A stretch of DNA of 64,000 nucleotides from Lentisphaerae bacterium GWF2_50_93 (GTDB taxonomy: Bacteria > Verrucomicrobiota > Lentisphaeria > Victivallales > GWF2-50-93), in NCBI GenBank assembly GCA_001804815.1, contig MHBI01000087.1, positions 9,558 to 73,557 on the forward strand. The letters are read 5' to 3'. Within the stretch, counting starts at the first letter, position 1. Every line of letters starts with the position of its first letter. This document shows positions 36,601 to 44,468 of this stretch, piece after piece. The position numbers and the translations under genes were made by a program. The notes beneath the pieces are model-generated. The model searched no databases. It was not told the DNA's origin and was given only the letters and a program-made list of their open reading frames with translations.

Positions 36601-39600
36601 CAGCCGATGATCCGAACGCGAACGGGCTCATAGCCTGGTGGAAGGCGGAGGACAACGCTATTGACAGCATCGGCGGACATAATGGGACGATGCAGGGAAA
36701 TGCGAATTTCGCAGATGGCAGGATAAGCAGGGCGTTCAGTTTCGATGGAGACGGGGATTATGTGTCGGCGAGTGATTCCTCGTTCCCTGCAGGAAACAGC
36801 GCCAGGACTATTTCCATGTGGATCAAGGCTGGACCCGCCGTATATGACAAATATTTTTTCAGTTATGGAACTTCTGCCGGAAATCAGAGATTTTCGCTTG
36901 GTGTCAAGGATTACCTCTATGCGGAAAACAGCGGTAGCGGTTTGATGGGCAATACGGTCATCAATGATAATGTCTGGCACCACATAACTGCGGTATGGGC
37001 AAGTCCCTCACTGAAAATGTATGTGGACGGAGTTGAACAGGTGAACACTGTCATAGTCGAATGGCCAACGGAAATGAATACGGTTCTGAACGACGGGATT
37101 AACATTGGCAGAGTGAACGGAGGGGGATGGGATTTCACAGGTCTGGTTGATGATATCAGGGTCTACGGCCGTGCGCTGTCAGCAGGAGAAATCGCCGACA
37201 TGTCCGGAATGGTTCCTGACGCATTCAACTTCACGGCGCAGACTGGCGTTCCAAGGAACACTAGCGTCATATCCAACGTCATAACAGTCGCTGGCATTTC
37301 TTATGCCACATCCATCGGTATTACCGGAGGTGAATATGCGGTATCCACGGATGGTGGTTCCATCTGGGGCGACTGGACGAGCGCATCCGGATCCATCAGC
37401 CTGAACGACAAGGTCAGGGTGAGGCAGACTTCGTCGGCCAGCTATTCTACAACGACCACTGCAACTCTCACGGTCGGCGGTGTTGGCGCAGGCTTCAATG
37501 TCACAACATTAGAGGCCGGATCCGGCAACTGTGCGCAGTTCACGGCCGGCTCTAACAGCTATATCGCCGTGCCAAGTTCCGATGAGCTGAAAGTCACCAC
37601 ATCCATGACGGCTGAGGCCTGGATCAAGCCGGCCGCAGGCTGCAAGGAATGGGCTCTGGTCCTGGGCAAGCAGTTCAATCCGGCCGATGATGACCCTTGG
37701 TACTGTTACCGGATATGTGCGAGCTACTTCAGTAGCTTCCCCGGCAAAATCAGCTTCAATGTGGCGCCTGAGGGGAGCGGCGAAGTCGGTGTCGCCTCCA
37801 CCAGCGATATCCAGCTGGATATATGGACCCATGTTGCCGGCGTCTACGACGGGGAAACCTTGAGGATATACATCAACGGGGAATTGGAGGATTCAATTGC
37901 CCTGTCCACACCCCTGAGGACGTCCGACCTTCCTCTCTATACAGGAAAAGCTCCCTGGACCAACAACAACAATTTCAACGGCCGCATGGATGAGATCCGG
38001 ATATGGAACGTAGCCCGCACCGAGTCGCAGATAAAATTTGCATTGAACCGGAGCCTAGTTGGCGATGAGGCGGGACTTGTTGCATACTGGCCGTTCAATG
38101 ACGCTGTAGGCTCAGCCACTGCTGACGATTCTTCACCGGACAGCAACATCGGTACCCTTTACAATGGAGCCGCGATCGTCGCAGACTCCGACGCACCGCT
38201 GGGCAGCCTGATCTCCTGGTGGAAGGGTGATGGCAATGCCTTGGACAGCGTCGGCGGCCATCATGGTTCGATGCAGAATGGCGCGTCGTTTGCAACAGGC
38301 CGGATTGGACAGGCGTTCAGCCTGGCAGGAACAGGGGATTATATGGATGCAGGCTCGGACGATGTCTTCAACTTCAACAGCGGAGCTGGGAACTTCACTA
38401 TCAGCGCATGGATAAAGCCGTCGACTCTGGAACGGACCGGAGCTTCTGCATCAACGATAATTACCAAGGCAACCATCTTTCCCGCCTTTAGCGGATGGTC
38501 ATTATACGTATATCCTGATGGAGCAATGAGCTTTGGTGGTGCCGGAGTATGGGAAATGCCGCGTTCGGCTGTTGGAACAATAAGCATCAATCAATGGTCC
38601 CATGTTGCCGTCACCAGAAATGGTTCCACATACAAGCTCTACAAGAATGGCTCGGAAGTCGCCTCTGCAGATCATGGAAACATTGAAACCTCGGCTTCAT
38701 CTCTTAAGATCGGCAGCGAATTTACCGGGCTTAATGCAAATTCCGACCAGTGCGATCTCAGGTTCAGCGGTCTCATAGACCAGGTCGAGGTCCATGGCCG
38801 TGGAATGTCCGCCGCGGAAATCGCAAATATGTATGAACAGGCCGACACGACGCCCGATGCATTCATCTTCACCGCGCAGGACAGGATGCCTCCAAACACA
38901 TTAATCGTCTCCAGCCCGATCACTGTCGCCGGCATAAATGCATCGACAGAAATAAGCATCGCAGGCGGCGAATACTCAGTATCCACCGATGGCGGTGCGA
39001 ACTGGAGCGCATGGACAAACCTTTCCGGCGAATTGAGCCTGAACAACAAGGTGAAGGTGCGTCAGACCTCGTCCGCAAGCAATTCGACGAAGACGACCGC
39101 AACGCTGACTATTGGCGGCGTATCCGCCGGTTTCGATGTAACGACGGCAGACGCGGATGATCCGAATGCCAACGGCCTGATCGCCTGGTGGCAGGCGGAG
39201 GACAATGCCCTGGACATCATCGGCGGACATGATGGAACCATGCAGGACGGTGCGACTTTCGCAAACGGCCTGGATGGACAGGCGTTCAGCTTTGACGGGG
39301 CTGGCGATTATGTCTCAGCCAGTGATTCTTCGTTCCCTGCTGGAAACAGCGATAGGACCATATCTCTGTGGATAAAGACAAGCCAGGTTGGAGAAAAATA
39401 CTTTTTCAGCTACGGGAGCAATGGTTCAAATCAGAGATTTTCACTCGGAATGTATAATAATCGCTTTCATGTGGAAAACTACAACAGCGGTTCACATGCT
39501 GAGACTGTCATCAATGATAATTCATGGCATCATGTGGCTGCGATATGGGGGAGCTCATCACTGAAACTTTTTGTGGATGGAAAAGAGGAGCTGTTGACCG

Positions 39601-42600
39601 TAGTTGCTGCGTGGCCCCCAGCGCTGGACACAGTCTTGACCGGCGGGGTAAATATTGGCAGAATAAACGTTTTGTCGGGATATGATTTCAATGGTCTCGT
39701 CGACGATGTGAGGATTTACAACCGCGCGCTTTCCGCGTCGGAGGTCACGGAGGTGGCCGGCGATCTTCCAGCATCAGGCCTACGTCTCTGGCTGAAGGCT
39801 GACACTGGAATTACAAAGGATGGCTCAGGCCTGATCAGCAGCTGGGAGGACAGGAGCGGCAACGGTTTCGACGTAGGACAGGGGGATGGCGCAAAGAAGC
39901 CCTTGCTGGTTTCGGATGCCGTTAATGGAGAGCCGGCGATCAGGTTTGACGGTGACAACGACTATCTGCAGACGGCCGGGGCGATCACGCTTCTCCAGGG
40001 AACTGCGAACTTTAGCATGTTCGTAGTTACAAAGCCTGGAGCAACCCAGAAGACGCATGCCGACATCATTGACTACGAGCATGGTAGTAATATAAGCTAT
40101 GTATTACAGCAGCTTGTTGACAATACCAACCAGTTCGGCCTTGCCAACTGGCAGCCTTTGACGTCAAGCGCCTACCAGATACATTCCGGGGTCTACGTTA
40201 ACAATACCAGCTATACATCATACTTGAATGGCGTGAACAGCCTGCAAACCACCGATCTCAATGATATCAGCTGTCCTGAGCCTAGGACGTTCACTGTCGG
40301 CAGCAAGTCGCTGGAGGCATTCCCGCGCCAGTTCAACGGCGATGTCGCGGAAGTGATCGTATATAATACTCCTCTGTCGGATTCCGACCGCCAGAGGGTC
40401 GAGAGCTATCTGATCGCGAAATATGGAATAGATATGGTGCCGGAGGCATTTGCATTTGTCGACCAGACCGGCGCACCTCTAAATATCCTTACTGATTCCA
40501 ATGCAGTGACGGTCACAGGCATCCACCATGTGGCGGAAATTCATGTCACCGGCGGCGAGTACCAGATCAATGGCGGAAGCTGGACTTCTGATGCGGGGAC
40601 CGTGCGCTTGAATGACTCCGTCATGGTCCGCGTGAAAAGCGCCGCAGCAACCTACACTACGGTCGAGGTCACTCTGACAATAGGAGGTGTTTCCGACACA
40701 TTCTCAGTGACCACCGGGCATACCCTGACGTACACGGCTGGCGCAAATGGTTCGATAACCGGAGATGTCAGCCAACTTGTGGCGCATGGAAGCGATGGTA
40801 CGGCAGTGACAGCAGGCCCAGATGCCGACTGTTTCTTCATGGGTTGGAGCGATGGTGTGATTACGTATGAACGCCAGGACGTGGATGTGCTGGCCGACAT
40901 CAATGTCACCGCGGATTTCCTCGCTAGCGGCACTGTGATAGGGCCGATAGACCTGTCCCAGGGCGAGAAGAAGTACTACCAGATCCGCGATTTCGCCGGA
41001 CAGAACTACCTGAAGGTGGAACTGGGCGGATTCACCGGTGACTGCGATCTCTATGTGATGAACGGCGATGTCCCGACCTTCCAGCTGTATACCGCCAAGT
41101 CTACGAATGGCGGCAACAACACCGAGAGTCTGACGATGTATGACGGTCTTGACGGGGACTGGTACATAATGCTCCACGCCTATGAAGGTTTCACCGGAGC
41201 GAACCTGACCATCACATACAATGACAATAGCATAACTGAACCGTTGACTCTTGCCGCCGTGGCCGGGGATCCCGCCGACAAGAAGATTGTTTTGACCTGG
41301 GATCTGCCCGCAACCGGCGTCGCCACAGGCTACGAGGTTTTCCGCTGCAGCACAAACGATCTCGGGCTTGCCGACCAGATAGCCGACATCGGTGCCGTCA
41401 CAAGTTACACGGACGAGTTCACGGCCGCCGGCTACTACGACTACTTCTACTGGGTCCGTGCGTATGATGCGACCGGCACCTGCAGCAGCTTCAGCGGAGC
41501 CGTGGAAGGAAAGACCACAACAATGCTGTCGAATGTAATTCAGCTCAAGAGCGGTACGGCGATGCTTGCGACAGGCGCGGCCGGTTCGGTCAAGATTTAT
41601 TCAATCACAGTTCCAGACGCCCAGACCCTGCTTGAGATCAAGGTTTCCGGCGGAACCGGAGACTGCGATTTCGATATTTTGAATCCACCCCCAGCCAGTG
41701 AGACCGTCAAGCGCGTCATAGGCGGCGGCAGCGCCGCTCTTGCGCAGTTCGCAAATCCGGCTGCAGGAACCTGGAAGATAATACTCTACGGCCGCAGCAA
41801 CTACACCGGAGTGTCCGTGATGGCGAAATACAGCAAGCAGACTGCGGTTCCTGCCGCGCCTTCAGGAGTGAAAGCGAGCGACGGACTGTTCTCCGACAGG
41901 ATAGTGGTGACGTGGACGGCGACGCTGGGTGCTACAAGCTACTTGGTGTCGAGGAACACCTTGAACTCACTGACAGGAGCGACCGAAATCGGAGAGACAT
42001 ATGACAACGTGTTCGAGGACAAGTCAACGGTGGTGACTGACGAAGATCCCGGAAAGCCTTTCTACTATTTCGTGAAGGCGATTAATCCGAAGGGCACCGG
42101 AAAGCCCAGCGCCCTCAACTCCGGCTACATCATGAAGAACCCGCCGGCCCCCGGAGCGCCGTTGGCATCTGACGGCACATACTTCGACAGGATCCGCGTG
42201 ACGTGGACGAAGGTTGTCGGGGCGTCAGTCTATGAGATATACAGGGCTGAGACTGCGACCGGAGCCAGGACTTTAGTCGGTGAGACTTCCGCTCTGTTCT
42301 TCGACGACTACGGAGATAAGATATTGCCCGAGGTGGATGCGAAGGGTGTTCATACCGCAAAGAAATACTACTACTGGATCGGCGCGAGAAATTCCAACGG
42401 GCCCGGGGTGGTAGGCGTAAAGTTCAACGACGGCTACCTGTCGAAGAAGGGGCCGGCGACAATCACCGCAAGCAACGGGACGTATTCGGACAGGATCATT
42501 GTGACATGGGCCGCAGTCCCAGGCGCAACAGCTTATGACGTCTACCGTTATACTGACACAAAATTCATTCTGAACCAGGTTAAGGTTGGCGACGCAGTCG

Positions 42601-44030
42601 CGGTGCTGGAATACGAGGACACTTCAGCGGACGTCGATAAACTCTACTATTACAAGGTGAAGGCGAAGTACGGATCTGGCAGCCCGTTTGTGCATAAGTA
42701 TGACAGCGATTTCAGTCTGGCCGGCGCGATCGGCAAGATGACGACAGGCAAGCCCAATCCAACCGCTACTGGAATCGCGGTCGATGGGACTCCTACGGCA
42801 AGCCAAAGCGATGAGAAGTATCACTCGCTGTACTTCTCCGCCGATGTTCCAATGGGAACTACCAGGCTGGTTGCAACCCTCAACGGGGTTCCGCCTTCAG
42901 TTGGAACCGCGAATGACTGTGATCTGTTTGCGAAGTTCGCAAACTTCCCGACGAAGGCGTCGTACGGGGCGAAGGCTGTAGAGAACCTGGTAGCCAAGAC
43001 TGAAATACTGACGGTCAGCAATCCAGCGTCCGGAACATGGTATTTCCTGCTCTATGGGACGACGGCATACTCGAACGTCACGCTGACGGTGAAATGCTAT
43101 TCCGTGACCGACATAGTTCTCACCCAGGTTCCTGCAAATGATCTTGCGGTTCCGTTCACGGCTGTCTTCAAGGGCAAGGTGGTTGATGAAGTTGAGGCAG
43201 GAATACCCAGCATGGTTGTCCAGGTCAGAAATCCTGTTACTGGGTTGACAACTTCCCTGACGAAGACCGATGCGAAGGGATGTTTTGCTTATTCGGCCCT
43301 GATCAACTCCGAGGGTGAACATACGTTCGACTTCTTCTTTACGACAATGCCTGACACCGCTAAAGGCACCGCGAGCCACACGGTAGCAACCAGGAAAGGC
43401 ACCTCTGATGCAACATTCGACATGTCCGCGTACATTCCGGCAAGCCCAGTGGAGGACGCTGACATGGTTCACATCGCCGGCCTGCAGAACTTCCTCGACA
43501 CCCGCAACGGCTGGGACGAGGATCCGATAGATGGCGACTATGCGACAATGTGGATTGACTATACGATCGCAAAAGCGAAGGATGATGCGAAGCTCGCAGC
43601 CAAGCTCGATGAAGGACTCTATATGTTCTTCTACGGCGTGGAAGGCGCGGGAGTCGGAAACGACACGACTGCGAATCTGGCGCTTTCTGCGGTGCCGTTC
43701 GTGGTGCATGTGGAATCATCGAAGAAGGTCGTTGTCCTGGATAAACTGAAGATACTCGGCATCATCGACGACATGCAAAAGACCGACATCGGATCCGGGA
43801 AGATCGGGATAGTTGCAATTGCCTCGCTCAATGATCCCGACGAGGGCGGAACTCCATCAAACATCTCGTTGGCGGCATCAGAACAGCTAGAGCTTCTTGC
43901 GAAGATCGCGGACGGCGATGCCGTACTGGTTGACGACGGCAAGTATGGGGATGTCCTCACGAAGCTGGTCACTGTCACCCTGGACAACGCCAGGAAGATT
44001 AATGTCGCAGTCGCGGCGTTCGTGAAGTAG
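27669..44030 (+). CDS. Giant (5453-aa) secreted modular adhesin-like surface protein
   Basis: I place the start at ATG 27669 (RBS aggggg, signal peptide MSKKIFLFVLLAFLYPLFSICQ) rather than the TTG at 27615. Approximate module spans follow.
- 7 FG-GAP units (FGxSVASAGDVNGDGYSDVIVGA), nt 28340-29620.
- Right-handed beta-helix with GGAI-type repeats ending LADNGGETPT...DIGAFEL, nt 29980-31170.
- InlB-B-like repeats (YTVNY...GYHFVNWSD).
- At least 7 LamG-type modules (GLIAWWKAEDNAxDSxGGHxGT...RIYNRALS).
- 7 x 60-aa WDKTYGG...DGGY...SGDKSE...DYWVVK repeats.
- Calx/cadherin-like modules, 3 PPC (TGDCDLYV) and 4 FN3-like (DRIxVTW) modules. Confidence 0.9.
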   Translation: MSKKIFLFVLLAFLYPLFSICQEYQPSFHKKNDQRSVSSDSSWYFFNCMQNLKSTIDADGWRLESDTKRKNEPSWKWLYSLKSLGRDTEDKISFSNPENKDISWSDAETISIDRTVLVEWYKNSSAGIEQGFTIKEKPQGKGLLKLSAQISTDLIVSSSSNDQITFSTVNSDVLKIGGLCVRDSRNSKLPSVFVYNSEQSSITVSIDDSSAVYPIVVDPLASSPSWTAESNKAFAEFGMSVASAGDVNGDGYSDVIVGAIEYDNGATSGKVYVYFGSATGLSATPAWTMESDQADAFFGCSVSSAGDVNGDGYSDVIVGASNYSNGQAGEGRAYVFLGSVSGLSATPAWTAESDQSDAAFGGSVASAGDINDDGYSDVIVGAPFYSNGQASEGRAYVFLGSASGLSATPAWTAESDQSDAAFGGSVASAGDINDDGYSDVIVGAPFYSNGQASEGRAYVFLGSASGLSATPAWTAESDQIGAKFGDSVASAGDVNGDGYSDVIAGASNYSNGQLGEGRAYVFLGSASGLSVTPGWTAESDQEYAFCGYSVASAGDINSDGYSDIIVSAWKFTNGQINEGRVYVYNGSSSGLSATPAWTAESDQAESRFGNSVASAGDVNGDGCADVIVGADCYDNAEENEGRAFAYYGSRNNITYSNTAFIESQQNNGMVDNSMPVVLTLTGDTFAANMDEDFTMTGKVTVSNLPAGMTASIIKTSDTTATIQIWGSAAAHDKNDDISNLTIAFQDSAFTGGNAAAITNSTKNDLVIDFFGLTVSSTADTGAGSLRQRIADAVAGDVIGFANNLGTITLSSEITIDKSIDFDSMSPEDVVISGNNACRIFKISGTGTLEVFLSGLTLQNGAAQDGAAIYINGADTAEKTVVIENCIIKNNNATRYGGAIFADSPSDITSNLVITCSTLTGNKVLSGANSVYGGAIYGTAHPSSTIPSLLNVVLIQSTLSGNTAEATGSMSAYGGAVCMKNIAGLVFAPLFIFNSTLSSNVATAATAANGKCGGIYLENIDGMPADANYSATFHSSVIASNTHTGATFFGPDIYKGTSVTIDTRAGNVGSSFNLIGTSTGGHAITNGINNNIVAAITGLAALADNGGETPTMAITSGSNARNTGSIDALEAFILSRGIVLDIAYDQRGYGYDRELDAAPDIGAFELMDPLVQHTVAFNVFEGGTISGTASQNVNHGSDCTAVEAVASTGYTFRNWTGPNFYSISNPLLVEEVVEDLAITANFDINSYTVNYLVGENGSISGDTTQNVYYGYDSTPVFAVADSGYHFVNWSDLSIENPRSDNITGVLSVTANFAANDISSGLVAYYPFSGNANDMSGNGHNGTINGTVTSVADHLTDPGKAYSFGDNNYIEVPHAADLSPANQITICAWVKLDSTNGIQPIVNKEDSASGPGYTLEFVSGTNNVALIIDGLDLTTNAVAVPIGEWHYVTAVFDGTKGNVFVDGVGAEWVYKTGTIPATTSPLNIGRDMYNNRFIDGCIDEVRIYNRALAPEEFQMLNSSSYHVISASAGTNGSIAPSGAINILEGDSRTYTITANQYYHVADVLVDGSSEGDITSYEFTNVNSSHTISATFAHDTATITMAVDIGGGSTTPTAGPHTVDTETPVDILATPWAGYYFVNWTTSGNCTFNDTNSASANATLSANAWVIAHFALNTPGFTLSKSTSIVSENAGTDTFTAVLSTQPTSNVVFDLSSSDAGQATVSPATLTFTTANWNTPQEVTVTGVNDDVLGNHSVTITVAVNKPSSPPNYIAVANKTVSVTCRDDEFFSMPMDMAWDKTFGGALSDKIYSMIQTSDGGYILGGPSSSNMSGEKSENSRGLNDYWVVKIDASGNKEWDMTFGGSNDDGLHSLIQTSDGGYLLAGESSSNISGDKSENSNGLTDYWVVKLDSNGNKLWDKTYGGSNNDICFKAIQTSGGNFLLFGSSNSNVSGDKSENAKGGYDFWIIKIDSSGNKIWDKTIGGNGADYPASIIETKDGGFLLSGQSTSDISGDKSEDSRGGFDYWIVKADSSGFKQWDKTYGGNDVDNLWSIIQITDGSYFLAGESSSNISGDKSESSKGFMDYWVVKTDSVGNKIWDKTYGGTNYDNLSSVIQSTDGGYFLSGSSMSNISGDKTENSRGASDFWIVKIDAGGNKQLDKTIGGSLEDEIGKSIYTSDNCVFLGGASLSNISGDKSENGRGGNDFWIVKLGYSKYNVSKKAITVAENGGSDTFNVVLNAKPATDVVFDVASSNTDEATVSPAQLTFTNANWNTPQAVTVTAVNDSKLGTDSANVTVSINTASSDDSFDDVPNSIVAITCTNDDVAGMTLSKSNMTIGENGGQDTFTVVLTAQPVSDVVLDVSSSATGQATVSPSSLTFTNSNWNAPQTVTITGVNDSLIGDHAATVTVSVNDASSDDGFDAVANKTVAVTCTDNDYTLTYSADANGSIGGIASQIVDGGANGSQVNPNPNVGYHFVNWSDASTADPRTDTNVAGNITVTANFTINTYSVVFAAGAHGSLTGDDSQAIDHGADATAVTAVPDGGFQFLGWTGTITSVVNPLTLTNVTGNASLTANFASTSLSNDTLVEHQAAGTLVGTLSTVHSNVGEDIVYTLVSGTGSDDNASFTIDGNSLKAAAIFNSYVKNNYSIRIRSTDESNLYIERQLTVFIVPAPLAPLSGLVSTWKAEDNAEDSVGSNDGTEVAGATYANGIFGRAFSLDGTDDAIRVPADASLNVTSFTMSAWIKPNVSALMAVFEWNRESDVVPAFGPELIWTDNKLWGNITEQSETHIESATGLIQAGTWSHVAYAYDSASGNSAIYLNGSQVGAGNVGAPGMHTEYPVYIGSRPFAHVGAGGTFFFNGLIDEVSLYDRALTATEVGDLSRQVPDAFSFAAKTGMPVSTVIVSEPVAISGITVQSAISVAGGEYSISTDGGSNWSAWTNTAGLVNPDSLVMVSQTSSAANSTLTSATLTIGGVSASFDVTTAAADDPNANGLIAWWKAEDNAIDSIGGHNGTMQGNANFADGRISRAFSFDGDGDYVSASDSSFPAGNSARTISMWIKAGPAVYDKYFFSYGTSAGNQRFSLGVKDYLYAENSGSGLMGNTVINDNVWHHITAVWASPSLKMYVDGVEQVNTVIVEWPTEMNTVLNDGINIGRVNGGGWDFTGLVDDIRVYGRALSAGEIADMSGMVPDAFNFTAQTGVPRNTSVISNVITVAGISYATSIGITGGEYAVSTDGGSIWGDWTSASGSISLNDKVRVRQTSSASYSTTTTATLTVGGVGAGFNVTTLEAGSGNCAQFTAGSNSYIAVPSSDELKVTTSMTAEAWIKPAAGCKEWALVLGKQFNPADDDPWYCYRICASYFSSFPGKISFNVAPEGSGEVGVASTSDIQLDIWTHVAGVYDGETLRIYINGELEDSIALSTPLRTSDLPLYTGKAPWTNNNNFNGRMDEIRIWNVARTESQIKFALNRSLVGDEAGLVAYWPFNDAVGSATADDSSPDSNIGTLYNGAAIVADSDAPLGSLISWWKGDGNALDSVGGHHGSMQNGASFATGRIGQAFSLAGTGDYMDAGSDDVFNFNSGAGNFTISAWIKPSTLERTGASASTIITKATIFPAFSGWSLYVYPDGAMSFGGAGVWEMPRSAVGTISINQWSHVAVTRNGSTYKLYKNGSEVASADHGNIETSASSLKIGSEFTGLNANSDQCDLRFSGLIDQVEVHGRGMSAAEIANMYEQADTTPDAFIFTAQDRMPPNTLIVSSPITVAGINASTEISIAGGEYSVSTDGGANWSAWTNLSGELSLNNKVKVRQTSSASNSTKTTATLTIGGVSAGFDVTTADADDPNANGLIAWWQAEDNALDIIGGHDGTMQDGATFANGLDGQAFSFDGAGDYVSASDSSFPAGNSDRTISLWIKTSQVGEKYFFSYGSNGSNQRFSLGMYNNRFHVENYNSGSHAETVINDNSWHHVAAIWGSSSLKLFVDGKEELLTVVAAWPPALDTVLTGGVNIGRINVLSGYDFNGLVDDVRIYNRALSASEVTEVAGDLPASGLRLWLKADTGITKDGSGLISSWEDRSGNGFDVGQGDGAKKPLLVSDAVNGEPAIRFDGDNDYLQTAGAITLLQGTANFSMFVVTKPGATQKTHADIIDYEHGSNISYVLQQLVDNTNQFGLANWQPLTSSAYQIHSGVYVNNTSYTSYLNGVNSLQTTDLNDISCPEPRTFTVGSKSLEAFPRQFNGDVAEVIVYNTPLSDSDRQRVESYLIAKYGIDMVPEAFAFVDQTGAPLNILTDSNAVTVTGIHHVAEIHVTGGEYQINGGSWTSDAGTVRLNDSVMVRVKSAAATYTTVEVTLTIGGVSDTFSVTTGHTLTYTAGANGSITGDVSQLVAHGSDGTAVTAGPDADCFFMGWSDGVITYERQDVDVLADINVTADFLASGTVIGPIDLSQGEKKYYQIRDFAGQNYLKVELGGFTGDCDLYVMNGDVPTFQLYTAKSTNGGNNTESLTMYDGLDGDWYIMLHAYEGFTGANLTITYNDNSITEPLTLAAVAGDPADKKIVLTWDLPATGVATGYEVFRCSTNDLGLADQIADIGAVTSYTDEFTAAGYYDYFYWVRAYDATGTCSSFSGAVEGKTTTMLSNVIQLKSGTAMLATGAAGSVKIYSITVPDAQTLLEIKVSGGTGDCDFDILNPPPASETVKRVIGGGSAALAQFANPAAGTWKIILYGRSNYTGVSVMAKYSKQTAVPAAPSGVKASDGLFSDRIVVTWTATLGATSYLVSRNTLNSLTGATEIGETYDNVFEDKSTVVTDEDPGKPFYYFVKAINPKGTGKPSALNSGYIMKNPPAPGAPLASDGTYFDRIRVTWTKVVGASVYEIYRAETATGARTLVGETSALFFDDYGDKILPEVDAKGVHTAKKYYYWIGARNSNGPGVVGVKFNDGYLSKKGPATITASNGTYSDRIIVTWAAVPGATAYDVYRYTDTKFILNQVKVGDAVAVLEYEDTSADVDKLYYYKVKAKYGSGSPFVHKYDSDFSLAGAIGKMTTGKPNPTATGIAVDGTPTASQSDEKYHSLYFSADVPMGTTRLVATLNGVPPSVGTANDCDLFAKFANFPTKASYGAKAVENLVAKTEILTVSNPASGTWYFLLYGTTAYSNVTLTVKCYSVTDIVLTQVPANDLAVPFTAVFKGKVVDEVEAGIPSMVVQVRNPVTGLTTSLTKTDAKGCFAYSALINSEGEHTFDFFFTTMPDTAKGTASHTVATRKGTSDATFDMSAYIPASPVEDADMVHIAGLQNFLDTRNGWDEDPIDGDYATMWIDYTIAKAKDDAKLAAKLDEGLYMFFYGVEGAGVGNDTTANLALSAVPFVVHVESSKKVVVLDKLKILGIIDDMQKTDIGSGKIGIVAIASLNDPDEGGTPSNISLAASEQLELLAKIADGDAVLVDDGKYGDVLTKLVTVTLDNARKINVAVAAFVK
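28689..29105 (+). repeat. Perfect in-frame 186-bp tandem duplication (2.2 copies) inside the FG-GAP region
   Basis: Unit starts (tctggactttcagccacccccgcctggacagc...) are at 28689, 28875 and 29061. By eye, copies 1 and 2 are identical base for base and encode ATPAWTAESDQSDAAFGGSVASAGDINDDGYSDVIVGAPFYSNGQASEGRAYVFLGSASGLS twice. Confidence 0.9.
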
Positions 44031-44035
44031 AAGTA

Positions 44036-44068
44036 GGGACGGCCTTTAGGCTGTCCCATCTTTTCTTG
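44036..44068 (+). terminator. Candidate intrinsic terminator of the giant gene
   Basis: A 9-bp stem, gggacggcc-ttta-ggctgtccc (one G-U pair), starts 6 nt after the TAG stop. It is followed by atcttttcttg. Confidence 0.5.
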
Positions 44069-44392
44069 ATCCTCCGAAGGACTCGGGGTTCTTGTTCTAA
44101 GAGGAACGCCGACCTCCAGGTCGGCAAGAAGCCGGCCTGGAGACCGGCGCTCCTCTTGGAAATCAAAGAACGTGCCGATACAATAATTCTTCCGCCTAAA
44201 GGCGGTACTCACAGCGCCTTTTTCCTGAGTACGAACCTCGGTCTGTAAAATTAACGCGTTGTTTAGATAGATATTGAGGCCAAGTGGAAAAATAGAGTTT
44301 GTAATATGACTGCAACTCTTGGTCTGCAGGACTAACGCGCTTGGAGTACCGGCTTCAGCCGGAATATTAATTACTATTATTCTCGTCTATGG

Positions 44393-44467
44393 GCATTTGA
44401 AGTAGGTACATGCTTTAGCTTGTACCAGGAATTCAAGAATGCTACAGGCTGAAGCCCGTACCTACTT
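44393..44467. repeat. TIR-bounded hairpin element (short copy), downstream flank of the giant gene
   Basis: Sequence is ggcatttgaagtaggtacatgctttagcttgtaccaggaattcaagaatgctacaggctgaagcccgtacctactt. The termini aagtaggtac and gtacctactt are inverted repeats. It abuts the stop of the small-subunit gene at 44469. Confidence 0.75.
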
Positions 44468-44468
44468 G

